Part shown: positions 39,101 through 53,975 of the stretch, one piece after another
Layout: each line of letters opens with the position of its first letter
Position numbering within the stretch: the stretch's first letter is position 1
Source of the DNA: Tubiluchus corallicola
Taxonomy: Eukaryota; Animalia; Priapulida
NCBI GenBank assembly: GCA_030141605.1
Contig: JAQGDQ010002372.1
Location: 62,001-126,000 of the forward strand
DNA: 64,000 bases
Direction: 5' to 3'
Program-made: the position numbers and the translations under genes
Notes under the pieces: generated by a model
What the model was told of the DNA's origin: nothing
The model's input: the letters and a program-made list of their open reading frames with translations, nothing else
The model's database searches: none

Positions 39101-42100
39101 TTGTTGGTGAATAAATGTACTTATTTATTCGTTATAATAGTATTACGAGAGGGCCTATAGAAGAATTAATCACATCTTGTTTAACTAAGCAATTGATATA
39201 TTGCTCCAAATATTATCTTTTATGGAGTTCTTTTAATTTTGCAATAACTAAATCACTTATATGGAGTGACACTCTTTATTCTGTTTCCCAACAACACTTC
39301 TCTCTCTTTGCCAAAATTGGTCACATTTGATAGTCTGTACTGCAGTATGTGGCTCAAGACCGCTAAGTGTAATTATTTGGCTCAGGAACTTGTGATATTG
39401 CTTTTAAGATGTTTTGCAGATACTTCGTTATTGTTTTGTAAAGTTATTAAATTTTTCGTAATTGTTTATGTAGTTGAATTGAACTATACTTTTTTCTGAT
39501 AATATGAATTTAGTTTAAGTATTTACCGTATATACTTATGTACAAGTCGAATTTTTGGGAGGCAATTTTCAAGGTGAAATTTTTGGAGTCGATTTATACT
39601 CACGATATGTTTTTGGGAGATGTTGCTAAAGAGTCGTCTACAATAGGAATATGTAAAGAAATAATCCTTCACTATATGCTGGACTGAATGAACACTCATA
39701 CTGTGATACTTCACATCAGAGAATGTTTGCATCTTGACATTACTTCACAAAATTAACAAATATTACTGTAATTTATTTTAATGTATGTGAAATTAAGTTA
39801 AAATTTATATATTACCAGTAAATAAACTAGCGACGGAGCACTTGATCAGAACATGGAATTGCTTATGATGTTACTGAATTAAACTGTGACGTTTCAGATA
39901 TGAGTTTTTAGTTATAAGTGAGAAATCAGCGACTGAAATGTTACGACGGATCCTGACCGCTATATCCTAGAGTTAAAGGCATTACAAACAAATTATGCAC
40001 GATGAAAGGCCAGGCTGTATTATCTTGGATTGCATTGAGGGCCCTCAACATGAATACACACACACACACACACACACACCACACACTGGTTAGATATAAT
40101 ATACTTGGCCCAGGCACTTGTACGTATCTTACACACTAACACAGTAGGCTGCTATTGATTTATTACTCGGCCATTGTTGACATCATTTACTTTGGAAGAT
40201 CTTAATATTTTATGGTGGAATTGTGCACAGGTAATATATAAAATGATGCAATTTTTGGTCTTAAAATGTACAACACCGACTCGTACATAATGCTGACTTG
40301 TACACACGTATATATGGTATTTCCAGATTCTAGGAGTTTTTTTATTGTCTTTCCTGCTTAATTTAAGGGATCACTTCTGAAAAGCATTTAGTATCAATTT
40401 TTTTCTTGTATTTGTGAAGGAGGCAAATATTGAAGTCTGTTTCGTTTACTGTCGAGCCTGGACAAACAGTGGCATTGGTATGTTTAGATTTTTTAATCAG
40501 TAGCATTTGAATAATGCAGAGGTTTTTAAAAATTTAAAAACAGAGATTTATAGTTTAGCAGGACAAGCAGTATAAGATATCATGGGTACAATACTCCTTC
40601 TAAGCTGTTTCATTTGTCGTACTGCCTGAGGGAAATATAGTCTTACTGAGACAGCATATACACAAATGTAGCTGAGATACTTTTGCTGGTCATGTGTTTT
40701 ATCTTAGAGAATTATCCTGCTACGAGTTTGTATGTTGAGTAGGTCTTGGAACAGTGTGCTGGGTCTCAGCTCACTGAATGCTGAATTGCATGAAAAATAC
40801 CATTAATCATTAATAATTGTGCAGTTAACATTTATATATCTGCAGTGATTTTATGGGTGAGTATTTTCTGATGCAGGTTGGTCATACAGGAAGTGGAAAA
40901 AGCACCATTGTTCGTTTGATATTCAGGTTCTACGATGTAAATAGTGGCAGTATACTTATCGATGATCAAGATATCTCGCAGGTAATATGAATGAGGATGC
41001 TAATTTATAAACTGGGCAGTGTGATGAATTAATTTATACTTTGAAGTCTACTATCTTTCGTGTGCACACTTATTAAAGTTTTTTGTATGAGTGACTAATT
41101 TCTATATAATTGGCAGCGAGATGCTTTTCTATGAGTACTCTGAGTCTTATGTTGAAAAAGGTGGTCTCCTTTATGAGCACTTAACATTAGCATTAGCACA
41201 TTACCTTACTGTTTAAATTATGGAGCACACTATGTGCTGTAGAATGAATAATTTTTAAATTTCCCCATTTGAGCATTTTTATCACAGATTCTACATTACT
41301 TTTTTTTACAGGTTAAACAGTCTTCTCTTAGAAAGACTATTGGCGTAGTCCCTCAGGATACTGTTCTTTTTAACGACAACATCATGTAAGTTTGTTTTGC
41401 CCAGTTATGTTATCTACTGCACATAAAAGCTAATATTGTGTGAGTTATTTGACTTCCTGAATGCCAAGTAACTGTTTTTAACTGTTTTCTAAACAAATTG
41501 AAATCCAAATAATTTTGAAAATTGGGTACTTTGATACCTCTATAAAAAGTTTTGCAACTTGCCATGTGAGATTAGTTATAGTCAGAAAAAGTACCATTAT
41601 TCGGCTAGCAAGAAGTCAAACAAAAGCCTTCAAGCTTATTTTACTGTGATGATAACTGAATTGTCACATACTTGTCTTACTCAAGACACATATAATTAAT
41701 ATAATAAGAGAAGCCAGCCATGCAGTTGAGCATGACATCTGCTTTTACCCTATCCTGAATATTTGCGTGATGACTTGAGTACGCTTTACATTTTCTTGCT
41801 TCTTATTTGGACATTGGATTGATGGTTGTCACATGGTAGCAAAGCCACTGCATTTTTAAGTTTGACAACCTTGATGTCAGGCAACGTGGGACACTTCGTA
41901 AATGTTTATGAATGTCTTTTTTCTGATGTCATCATTAAAAAAACACACCTGCCGATCATATGGTTTTCTTAATACATTCTCCTGGTGTTCACAGGTTTGA
42001 ATGCACAAGCTCCATCAAAACTTAAAATGACTTTGATCTGATGCTCTAGCATTGTGATAACCTTGTCCAACTAAATATGTTTTTCACAGGATTCTTAACT

Positions 42101-45100
42101 ATGCCGAGTTTAAGTAAATTATTTGATTGACAAAACTGTGATAATGAGAAATTTTCTGGCATTGCTGGTTCAGTGCAAAAAAAAAATTGTAAAAAACAGT
42201 ACATTATTTTGTAATTTATGTGCTCAAAGTCTTCTGCTTCTTTATGCACATTTCTCTGTCTTAAATATTGTTTTTTATGTTTTGTATTATCCAGGTACAA
42301 TGTTAGGTATGGCCGAGTGACTGCAGAAGATGAAGAGGTGGAAAAGGCTGCGAGAGCTGCTGAAATACATGACAGGATAACTACATTTCCTGATGGTAGG
42401 TAGCACTAGTTGATGATAGCTGTTATAATAAGCTACTGTATTTCTGCCCTGTAAGATGCACTGACATATAAGTGGCACCCTCATTTTGTAGAGCAAAATC
42501 AAAATTAACAGATTTTTAGCCTCTGTTAGGTTTTAAACTCAGTAATGGCTCATGATTCACATTTACAATTTGCAGACGACTTTGTCCTGATTGTTTCTTT
42601 GAGTCACACTACCCAGTGCACAACTGCTAGTGTATCAAGTTACAAGATTGTGAGCTCTAGTCATTTCATATTTGCATGATAGAAGCGGTTGTATAAGACA
42701 TAATTTAAAAGTTAAAAGTGGTTTTTAGCTTGACCTTCATCTGTAATCATTTAACCTGCAATAAAAGGTGCGCATGTCAATTGCCATTAGTATATTTGCC
42801 TGTTATAAGTGCAGCAATAGCGTTGTCGTCTATATTAGGCCTCCTCAATAAGATCCAAGCTGCTTTTAGCATGGTTTTTGACTTTCTGCTGGAAAAAAGC
42901 ACATTTCATGTGGTGAAAAATATGGTACACACCTGTGAAGGGCAGTGGTTTTAGTGGTTTAATATTGATGAAAATCCATGTATGTTATAATAGTTGTAAA
43001 CTGTTTGTTACAGGTTATGACACAACAGTAGGAGAACGTGGGTTAAAACTGAGTGGTGGAGAAAAGCAACGAGTGGCCATTGCTAGGACGATACTGAAGG
43101 CTCCCCAGATTGTCTTGCTTGATGAGGTGAAGATTTCTTATACTTTTTCCCTAATTTTAGTAAAATCACTTATTACTTGAGATTTAACAGTTTTGACTAT
43201 CTAAGATAGCTTTGGTTTTGACATTAGCACAATTAACTCTCGAAAAAATTTTAATTGCAGTGAGTAGAACAAGTAAGAAAAGTTAATGTCTATCTCATGG
43301 TTAGCATTTTGAACTTTTGTATAATGAACAACTTAAATATAAAACATCTTGCAAGCATTTTGGTTTTTGTACTGGAAAAGTAAAGGGATGCTTATCTATG
43401 TGGAAGGGAAAGTTTTAGAAGCATGTGATGATTGCAAGTAGACATCAAAAAATTGATTGAAATTAAATGATTTATGCAGTTAGTAAGCTATAGTTCTTAA
43501 ACTGGTTATCCTGATGGCAAACAAATATTTCAGATTGAAAGTATGAACATGTGCTGTTTTAAATATAATTTCAAGAAACAAGGTTTTTAATTTGCTGGGT
43601 GAAATTTTGTTTTATAATATTATATTACTGCTGTACTATGTATGTGAGTTCTTAATTTAGGCTAATTTTGTGGAGTTATTAATGTAGGTATTATTTTTTA
43701 AAAACAATTGAGCCTATGAATTGCAAAAATTAACATAAATGAATAGTAGTTCTAAATTTCGATAGTTGCTCGCAAACAGCTTACAAATAAAAAATTTCAA
43801 ATTATATTTAGGAATAGTAGTGTAAGGCATAGTTCACAGTACAACACTGTATGGTACAAACGACAATACTGACATTATTTAATTACTTAGCTAAACAAAG
43901 GCTTAGCAATGTATGCTGTGCTACCAAAACAGTATTCACAGATCACTTTTATTCATAATTCATTGTTGTTCCATAGCAGTGTGTGAATACAAATAATCTC
44001 GAAAATAAATCACGACTTGAATATCGATGTGTTTACAAATAGTACCACTATATACTGTTTTTGCTGGGAGGCAAAGGCACATTAATAACACGATTATATT
44101 AATATTCATATTGTGCACCATTAGCAGTTTTCGCTGTGGGAATAATCACAGTTTTCACTTTGTAAATAGCAGTGTTATGCATTAGTCACTGTTTTAACTG
44201 TCTGAATAGCTTTAGCTGATACAATGGTCACTACTTTCATACATATCATACACCAGATTGCAGTCTTCACTATGTGAACAGGTATATTTTGCAAGTTTTC
44301 ACTGTATAAATAAAATCCCTCTGTTCCTTTTCCATTTCTTTATTGTTGGGTATTTGTTAATTAAAAGTAAAAAGTAAATAGTAAATATAGTATAGTGCTT
44401 AATGATATTTAATGAACTAGTGGTGTGATATTTTGACTGTGAGTATCTTGTCTAGTTTTTTGATTAATTCATATGCATATTTGACAGGCAACATCTGCTT
44501 TGGATACTAAAACTGAGCGAGCAATTCAGTCGTCTTTAGCAAGGGTTTGCGCAGGAAGAACCACTTTGGTAGTGGCTCACAGGTATAACACAGTTGTCAG
44601 TGATTTTTTGCTGGGAAGGCTAATTTTTGTTTTACTCTTACATTTAGTATGGCTGCTGTTTTCCCTAATATTTAATAGGCTACATTTGCAAAGTTTTTGA
44701 ACAAGCCTGGACTTTCATTTAAAGATAAGTAAAGGATAATTAAAATAAATTAGTAAAGACTTGTGGACATTTCTTGAGACGTCCGCATTGTATTTAGAAT
44801 GTATCTCCATCAGAATGGATAGTATCTATGGTACTGGTGATCTACATCATTGAGCTTTAGTATTAGAATACATGGATTTGTGAGTTATCTAACTCTGTCG
44901 TAACTTTTTCGAATGATGTGTGATGAGAGGTACTCTAACCTTGAACCAAAAAACAAAAAAGTGATAGAAAAGTATTGTAATTGTAATTTATTGTCTCCTT
45001 GTGTTAAAAGATTGTTAGATGACAGAAAAATTAAGACCAGATAAAGTCATGCAGCCAGCTGATTTGTGTGAGCATTTTTTGACAGAAAATTTGAGAGGGA

Positions 45101-45748
45101 GACTTAATCAGTAATACCTGCTATAATGTCATTTAGGCTTTCTCTGATTTATTATTCTTAACACTAATATAATTTCATTGTCACGAATTCAATTTTTTGA
45201 TGCCTGAAAAAGGTATCGTTGTGGCTTATACGAGCGTGATGTTTTGAATGAATTTCTGTAAATGCACTTGTGTATATAATAGTTTACTTACTGAAACATT
45301 AAGTATTATACCTTTTGTACAGGTATTATAAATTATTGAAATGTTGTTTGAGTTTCTTAATTATCCCTAACACAATTTCTCTTAGAGTTGCCGAACCAGC
45401 AGCTGACAACATAGGCAAGACTCCAACAACTTTTATTATTTTAAAATGCAGTAAAGTTGGATAAGTTGACTGACTGCTGTTGGTCACTTTAGTAAAGAAA
45501 TATTGATTCTCTCTCATTTTAACCTCATTTGCAGACTATCAACTATAATACATGCAGATTTAATACTGGTATTGCGAGAGGGGGAAATTATTGAGCGAGG
45601 GAGGCACGATGAATTATTACTACAAAATGGAGCTTACGGCAGTATGTGGCAAGAACAGCAACAAAAACATAAAGAATCTTCAGAAGATGTTCTTATAAAC
45701 CTCGGTGATGATGAAACCAACGGGCCATCTGCTGGCAGTCAAAGTTAA
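30147..45748 (+). CDS. ABCB6: ABCB6 / HMT-1 ATP-binding cassette half transporter (20 exons, 855 aa)
   Basis: Exons: 30147-30276, 30620-30702, 31115-31181, 31525-31750, 32221-32374, 32801-33011, 33572-33661, 34095-34197, 34555-34644, 35408-35529, 36237-36346, 36760-37031, 38556-38705, 40420-40477, 40877-40981, 41312-41385, 42295-42395, 43014-43126, 44488-44582, 45535-45748. All introns are GT-AG and phase-consistent; the total is 2568 nt. Motifs: TMD0 N-terminus YCPPN...[56 protein letters not shown], Walker [11 protein letters not shown]-loop VVPQD, signature LSGGEKQR, Walker B VLLDEATSALD, H-loop AHRLST. Confidence 0.96.
37285..38120. mobile_element. Tc1/pogo (Tigger-like) deletion derivative in ABCB6 intron 12
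   Basis: Left ccgtttattagactcacggttaatagactca with repeated taattgactca. Right inverted end gtgagtctattaaa. Confidence 0.55.
39526..40317. mobile_element. Tc1/mariner (pogo-like) non-autonomous element in ABCB6 intron 13, TA TSD
   Basis: TA|CCGTATATACTTATGTACAAGTC ... GACTTGTACACACGTATATATGG|TA inverted termini. Contains (CA)n at ~40056-40086. Confidence 0.8.
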
Positions 45749-48700
45749 TATTAGATGAAAATTAGATATTTGTATTCATGTGATAATTATTAGGATGTTT
45801 GATGATGGTGATAGTGATGATGGAAGAATTGAATTGGATTATCATTCTTATGAGATACTATTATGTTTGCCTGTATAGTTTGTAAATAGATGTAGTTAAT
45901 AGCTGCTTGTTATCATCTTTACTGTTGCCAATTTATTAAAATTGTCTTTTGTCCAAATTGTCACTAAAATATGCAGAAAAGTGTGACTCTGCAAATCTAG
46001 ATTGACAGTAACAAAGACTAATGTAAATAACACCAACTGTAGATAAAATACAAACTCATTAGTTGTATAAACAAATCTTTAAACACAGTCTCATTATAAG
46101 ATCAGTAAATTTGTATTTTATCTGCAGTTGATGTTGTTTAAGTTGTTCATTGTTAACTCAATATTCAGTGCAGAATGATTTTTTCTTATACTTTGATTTA
46201 TGTCATACCTATATCTAGCATGTTTGTTTAATAGCCAGTTATACTAGTGACTGACATGATAGGGATTTGACTGGGATCGAGACTTATGGACCAATTAACT
46301 AAAAGCATATTAGTGGGCAATTGGGTTAAAGGCTCAGCAGCAATGGGCTTTTTAGACTCCAATCGTCTAAGTGATCTAGAAAACAGAACACACCTCACTG
46401 CAGTTAACTATGTATGTTGGATTTTTGGATCGTGCTAACAGTGTTTCAAGCATAGAAATTTGTTTTTGTTTGCGATAATGGTTGGTGTTTAGCATTTATT
46501 TATAACACACAAATCCATTTTAACTATAATATTGTGCGAGAGATAAGGATGAATAAGTTATTTAGAAGTTATTAATTGTAAATTTAAACAAAATTTATAC
46601 TGTTTTTATGCACTACACAGTAATACCCAGTTATTAATGCTAACTGAAAAGCACAACATAAAGAAGTTTTATAGCCCTATGTAATATCTGTTATTAGGGT
46701 TATGTGTCAGGAGAGTTTAGTAGAAATAATATCACAGTTAAAAACAAAGGTTGTTTGCTCAAATCAGCTAGTCATAGTGACGAATTATATCGTGTTCTCT
46801 TATTGAATATGTCAGCATCTACTGATTACTGCGCTGAGGGAAGCTTTGTTCTTTATGAAGGTTCAAAACATTACATGCAAATAGATCAGGTCGTGACATA
46901 CTGTGGCATTTATTACATGGACATATGCATAAAGCGTATATTCATAATACATGTACAGGAACATAGGTAGCGAGTATAAATCCACTCAAAGAAATAACAG
47001 CAACAAAAGAGGAAATGAACAATACACATTTAACCTATTAAATGTTTACAACCATGTGAATCCATTGCTTATCACAAACAATCCAGCCCGGTTTACATAA
47101 CATGCGAATTTCGTACTGCTTCTCAATAATCCATTCCATACAGTGGGAAGTTTAGTAAGACATTAACCAAACTGTTAAAGTAAAATTGCTGCATATCACA
47201 ACAGTATCATTAAGAAATATATACAGCGTGTCATCCTGTTTTCCCCGTAGTTTGCATAAAGGTATAAAATTGATTCACCAGCGAATCTGAGCCGAGTAAA
47301 AACAGTGTCTGTAATAGATACGCAATGCTTGTATCTATATAATGGTGCAATGTATTTATGGCGTTGTTTTTGACTGCAATATTGGTCCTTAGCACTTATT
47401 TATGACAGTCCATTCCTTCTCTAATGGTTTCTAGTTACTGCTTATTATTAAAGTAATGCCTGTTATTACGAAAGAAGCAAAACTATCATTTCTATAACTG
47501 CATGCTATTTTTTCATGAGTAACGGTTGACTGCAGAATTGATTCACCTTGGGTGCTAATTTAGTTTCTTATTCAGGAGATCACGTGAAGGTCATATTTAA
47601 CTAACTAAAGAAGCTAGTCACGTTCTCACCGAAGGTTAATTTAACTAGACGCAGCTGCACTGTGTGAACGTGAAACTGCTATGTGCAGAAAATTTGCTTT
47701 TAACTTACGCGAATCTTCAGTTTTTTATCTAAAAAGAAAGTAATTTGCAGTTTGACTTTCTGGACATGCATATGTGTTTAGCTATCAGTTCACAACTTGG
47801 AACTAGTCCGTTTATAATATTTTCTTGTTTTGTGTTTGGAGTTTTTGATACTGAATTGCTGGTAATATTTGCGTAATTCAGTTATGATTTGTTTTTTTTC
47901 TTAACCAGTACGGTAGTGTATAGTCAAACTAATAATTGCTGTTTTTCATTTTAATTTACCTGATTCGTTTTTAAGGATGACTTGAGTAGTTTTCGTCTTA
48001 TGCAGTATATTTCATGTATGGGTACGTGTGCATATTTTATTGTGAACGTCAAAAAGTGTATGTAAATAATCATGAAAAATTTATGACACGATTAATGGAA
48101 TAATAGTTATTAAATTTAGAATGTGTAGTTTGATCGGGTCTGTATTTATTACTCGTTTTTGTTCTGCGAACTTTGCTGGAGTAGACCAAGGTCTACATTT
48201 TTAAGCTTTGATTTGTACTTGTATATTGCGGTACGATCAATTCATGAGCTTCATAGTGGTGGTATTGAAACTCTAGAGGAATTCCTGTTAGGAGCAGGGA
48301 ACATGATAAATGTAACAAGATGCTGCACCGTCAGCTTGTATATGTATACAGTTTGGTGCGCTTGAAAATAATTTAAAAAATGGCAAAAGGTATTTTCTAT
48401 ATCATAAACATTATATAAGCTGTTTCTTGGAAAATCCGTAATTTTCATTAACCTGTAGATGTATATTAGTAAATGGATGGAATCATGATCATTTAACCAG
48501 CAACGAAATGCTGTTCTCCAGAAACAATAAATTAGTGAACTAACTTTTTTATTAAAAACGAGCTGACTGTCGTCCCGTGAGGTTGGTTTGTTAATTAAGA
48601 AATAATTTTTTTTATAAAACTAGCCTTATGATGCATTACACGCTTATAGGCGTACATGTACATATATTAAGTAGTATAATTTTGGCTTCCAGTTTGGCTG

Positions 48701-49079
48701 TAATTAGAGTGGTATAATGACACTAGGCTTCATTTTATGTTTTTAAAAGTCTAGCTCATTGCTCATTTTACTTTTCATAAAAGCTGAACGCTAAACAAAT
48801 TATTTTGCCGAGCTGACTGGATGATTGGTTAAATATAATAAAGCGTTTTCATAAAGAAATTAATAGACAATTTGGCTGTATGTTAATTACTGCTAATGCA
48901 TGCATGTAAAACGCGAACTGCTTCTGTGTAATTGATAAATGAGTTGCAATTATGCAGATAAACGTAGCCCCGGTTTGACGAACGGGTTGGGTTGCTACAA
49001 AACGGAAAAATACAAAGGCTAAATACTGGCCAGCATTAAAAAGATACGCACATTGCTTGTCAGCACCGCATAACCAGGA

Positions 49080-49400
49080 TGCCAGGATTGGTGATATCAG
49101 AAATGCTTATAAGGTACACGTCTTTAATTATCATTTCGCCCCGGCTGTGACTATTATTACAGGATAAGGTGTGCGAGAGTACCATTATTTACCACCTAAT
49201 CAGAACTTTCTGATCGCTTTTCCTAAGCCTACTCACCCTTAACTGAGTACCTGGTCGTGTGCAGGGGGAAGAAGGCAGCCGAGCAACGGACTAGTCGCCC
49301 CCTATCTTGTATGCCGCCTTAATCGCCAACGTATCTTCCCAGACAGGCATGGGTCATCCTTCCTAAGCAACATCCCCAACTCCCACCAGAGCTGCTGACG
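49080..49400 (+). mobile_element. Possible degenerate SINE
   Basis: A GC-richer island with ctactcaccctt...tgagtacctgg...ggaagaaggcagccg, resembling conserved SINE central domains. Pol III boxes are poor. Confidence 0.3.
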
Positions 49401-50225
49401 ATCCAGTTGGTGTTTTGGTTCAAGATATTTGTGAAACTTTCCAATTTATATCCTGAAGTTTAGACAATTGATAATATTTTTCAAATAGACGGAGTGTGTT
49501 TTGAAATATGCTATTACTCTGTAGCTTTATCCTCGGGTAGCTGTATATGAAATTTACTTATACGCGATGAGTGCAATGAGTACGGGGGTACAGATATACA
49601 GAATAATTTATTACGTCAAAGGATTGCAGAAATAATAGAGAATCTATTATGCCTTTAGAACATAGTATGGAAACCTCGCGTGTCTTCACACAATCTGGTC
49701 TTTCACGTAATTTGGAGGGTACGAACGGAGCACTGACCTAAAAATGCTGGGAGTAATTTATCGATTGACCTAAATGGCTTGGAAGTTCACCGGACCTCAA
49801 ACCCGTTAACAAATTAGCTATCCCGAAAGACAAAGTGGAAGATGAATGATAAGAGATAAAACTAAAAGATGACAAAAATAAGCCATGGTCAGTATTCAAC
49901 TAAACTTATGTGTTGGAGGGCCTTGAGTTCTTCGAGTCCCTACTCCAGTCACCTTTTCATTATTGTAGGCTGTGCTATATCTAATAGGCTTTTACCATAT
50001 TTTGATGGCATATTCCCTGAACAATAATTAGGTGTACTACTTATTTTTGTTCCAACGCAAAAGGTTGTGTACCACCCTGTGTTTTAGTTGTAACTGTTGC
50101 ATAAATGACTCATGGTTCCGTTTATGATTTACGTTTTCATCTGTCACGGATCTAAAGTTGTTTTTTCTTAATAATTTTTATAACAATTCACTGACCCCTA
50201 GACATTGCTCACGGCATTGAAAATA

Positions 50226-50227
<2 letters not shown>

Positions 50228-50263
<36 letters not shown>

Positions 50264-50282
50264 AGAGAGAGAGAGAGAGAGA
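50228..50282. repeat. (TA)n followed by (GA)n; 3' flank of the LINE
   Basis: Directly visible: (AT)n at 50228-50260 and GA run at 50261-50282. Confidence 0.95.
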
Positions 50283-50605
50283 TTTTTTATTATTATTACA
50301 ACTCTATTTTATTATATATATTAACATAAATACATACATAATATACATAAATTCCCTCTATTTGCAGGGACCAGTATGAACATGATTATAATAAGTTGGA
50401 AAATAATTACAATTATCCCTTTTAATATCATTTGTGACTATGATAACAGTAAAACGCTTATATACAAAAACATATCAACAACTAGAGGCAACATAGCTAG
50501 ATTTACATTTAAATTTATATTTACCTAATTTTATAAATAACTCTTACTTTTATATTTTCATTGACGGGTAGCAATCTAATTATATAAAATGACAGTGACT
50601 GGACT

Positions 50606-53600
50606 TCACATTTTTAAAAATAAACTCCACGTTTTTTCGGCTATATTTTCCTCTTTAGCATTTTTAACAATTTCTACAAACGCATTAATAGCATTTCTAC
50701 TTCTTATTCTGTATATATCCTTAAGTTGCCTAGATGGGAGTGCAGTTTCAAGTTTCCTTCTGAGTTCGTCTTTTATTAGAGGACAGTTAAAAATTATATG
50801 TTCTGGCGTTTGGCTGTTTGCATTGCATTTACACATATCAGCTTCTATCAGACCGATTCTATTGCTAAATTCATTACAACCTCTCCCTAATAATAAGTTG
50901 AAAGCAATGGTTTCAATAACACGTTCATTTCTTGTTATTTGCAGATCTAAAGGTTTTGCACAAACTTTAACTTCTTCCAAAGGGTTTCCAGCTAACTGGT
51001 TTCCAGCAACAGTTTTCTTTTCCATAGAAACTCTAGGAATTTTTGACATTCTTTCTTTGTGTATTTTAAATTGTCTTGTGGAATTGACTGTAACATTTCA
51101 TTTCGATTTGCGTTTAGACCTTTAATGGTTTTTAAGAATAATCTAGTCTTATTTAGGTGTTCTGCCAGGAAATGGTTCCAATATTCAGCACTGATGTAAT
51201 TCTCATCCGCCTTAATTAGTTCTTTTCTGACTAAGTCATCTGCAGGTAAAGTAAGTAATTTCAATACTGACTTAACAGATAAAACAGAATAAATAACATC
51301 CATTGATGGTAGTCCTGTAATTAATTCAGTTTCAATTCTTGGAGGATTAAAACCTACTCCTGTTGCCGTTTTTAACATATCATATAGTATATCATCAAAA
51401 GCCGTGATGTTCTTTGCTAACCATGCTATCGAGGCGTACAAAATCGTTGGAAGTACCATGATATTAAAAAGTCTCAAAATTGTCTTCATATGCAAACCTT
51501 TGTGCCGGAAACAAAACTGCTTTATCTGGTGCCATGTTTTCCACGCCCTTTTCCTGGTATCTAGCACGTGAGTGTTAAAATTTAATTGATTGTCCACTGT
51601 GACACCCAGCACTTTGCTTTTTCTTACATAATCAATAGGATTATTTCCAAACTTGAGGTTTGGTGGATCTGGTTCCCAATTCAAAATTTTTGAGTTCTTG
51701 TACAAAATGGCTTCAGTTTTGTTTTTGGCACAGTTTATGTTCATCCGCCACTTCTTACACCAAGTGTACAGTTTATCACAACATTTTTGTGCTTTTAAAT
51801 AACATTCATAGTTTGTGTCAGCTGCGATTAGCAAAGAACCATCATCTGCATATTTAAATTTTCCACAGCTTACTTCATCATCTATTGATTCAAACATGTC
51901 AATAACATACAACAAAAACAGTAATGGTGACAAAACGGAACCTTGTGGGAGACCCAACTGACAATTGTACTTTGGAGATGTGTGACCATTAATACGTAAA
52001 ACAATATTCCTATTTTTTAAAAATGTACTAATAAGACACAACATGTTTCCTTTAATACCATATTGATACAACTTGTACAATAGCCCCTTTATCCAAACAC
52101 TATCGAAAGCTTTTTGAAAGTCGCAAAGAATTGCAATGCAGCTTGTTTTAAGTAAATTTGTTCTAGTCAGGTTAGAAATAAGCCTGACCAAGTAGCGTAC
52201 TGTACTGTGTCTGGGCCTGAAGCCTTCTTGCTCATCATCAATAATGTCATATGCATTACAAAATTGTCTTACACGATTTTCAACAAGCTTTTCTGCTAGT
52301 TTTCCATAGTAGGAGGTAATGCTGATAGGTCTATAATTATTAGGGTCACTATAATCGGACTTGCCATTTTTTTTATAAATGTAACCTTTGAGTCATTCCA
52401 TGGCCAAATATTGCTGCCTAAGCAAATGTTGACTATATTGAGAAAGGTGGCTTTAGCCCAAAATCCCATGTTTTTTATCATTAGTGGATGAAACCCATGA
52501 ATGTCTATGCTCGTGTTATTTGTTTTAACACTTTTTATCGCATTATTTAGTTCCCTCATGTTAAATTTATCATTTAGCCATGTATGCTCCACAGCTATTT
52601 GTTGATCAATTTGCTGGTCAACAATTTCTTCGATTTCTTCAAACCATGCATTATCAAATGAATTAGGATTTATATGTTCTCCACTAAAAATGTTTTGTAC
52701 ATGAGTTTACTTTTGTCATCATCACTTACGTAATCTTTACCCTGCACTTTTAGGCTTTCTATTTCGTTACTGGATTTAGTTTCAAAAACGCGTTTATATG
52801 TTTTCCAGAACTCCTTACCTTGTGCTACATTTAAGTTTTCAGTATTTTTGTCAATCCACTTATTCATTTCTAAATGCAGCGCGTCACTAAACTCTGACTT
52901 GGCTTCCACATAAGATTGCTTGTTTTCGTAATTGGACATCTGCAGGTAATTTTTCCTGCAAAGCCTCACTTTATTACTTAATTTTGTTAACTGACTAGAC
53001 CAGAAAGGTTTGCTAAATTTTGTTATCATTTTCTTATTTAGTGCTTCTTCGTTTGCATTTTCTATGACCTTTCGGAGCTGTACCCAAGCACTCTGAACAT
53101 CTTTGGCCTGAATAAGTTGATTTAGTTCATGAAATTGTTCTCTTACTTTACGTTCCAGAACACCTGACCATCTGTACCAATCACTATTCTTAAAATCGTA
53201 CACACAACGAACTACTTTATCACTTTCCGATAGTTTACATTTAATTTTACTTATAACAACAAAGTGGCCCATTTGGGGTGCTCCCGAAAAGAGCTCTGTA
53301 TCTTTCTCTACATATTGCTGACAAAGTTGGGCAGAAAAGTTTTGGATAGCTAATATAACATCAATCGTACTAGAACCTGTTGCAGAACTGAATGTGGGTT
53401 CGTTTGGCGTAATAATGACGTGCTCACCATTGGCCTGATTTACGAAGTTGTGAAGTTGTATGCCATGTTCATTGTCAATCCTATCCCAGAGAATATTACG
53501 GGCGTTTAGATCGCCTATAGCCGCAATACTGTATATACCGTGTTTACTGCCGAAAGAAGCTGCTTTCTTGTACATTAATAACCATTTTCTCATTTGTTCA

Positions 53601-53974
53601 GGTGAATTTGGTTTTATATATACAGATCCTATTAACATTTTAGTATGCGGCGTATTTAAGATAACCCATACAACATCTAAATCTGAATCGCTTGCATCTG
53701 ATAAGTACAACATGTTACTAGCAATATTTTCTTTTATATACAAGGCTACTCCACCAGAGTAATTGCTCACGCCTTCTTTGAAATAACCTTTGTAATTTGT
53801 TAATTTTGGCTGTAAATTTTTAGTGATTTTCGTTTCCTGTACTGCCACCACATCAAAAGACATACTGTTTGCGTAATTGTCTAAAGCTAACCTCGATCTA
53901 TCTGACATATTGTTTATATTGATTTGACAAATAGTAATCGAGTCTTTTACTTTGACGTCTTGCAAATTTGCCAT
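50606..53974 (-). CDS. LINE ORF2: APE endonuclease + reverse transcriptase + C-terminal CCHC; three single-base frameshifts (~52685, ~52367, ~51000)
   Basis: APE motifs QININ, VAVQET, GGVALYI, GDLNA, PTF...STID. RT motifs NYRPISITS, DFQKAFDSVW, GLPQGSVLSPLLF, KYADD, KVLGVTVD. C-terminal CKC...TPEHIIFNCP. No in-frame stops apart from those created by the frameshifts. Confidence 0.92.
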
Positions 53975-53975
53975 T

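Noticed and set aside
50589-51125. 178-aa plus-strand ORF (also 53460-53762, 54671-55048, 55126-55419)
   Set aside because: Antisense shadows of the LINE ORFs with no recognisable motifs.
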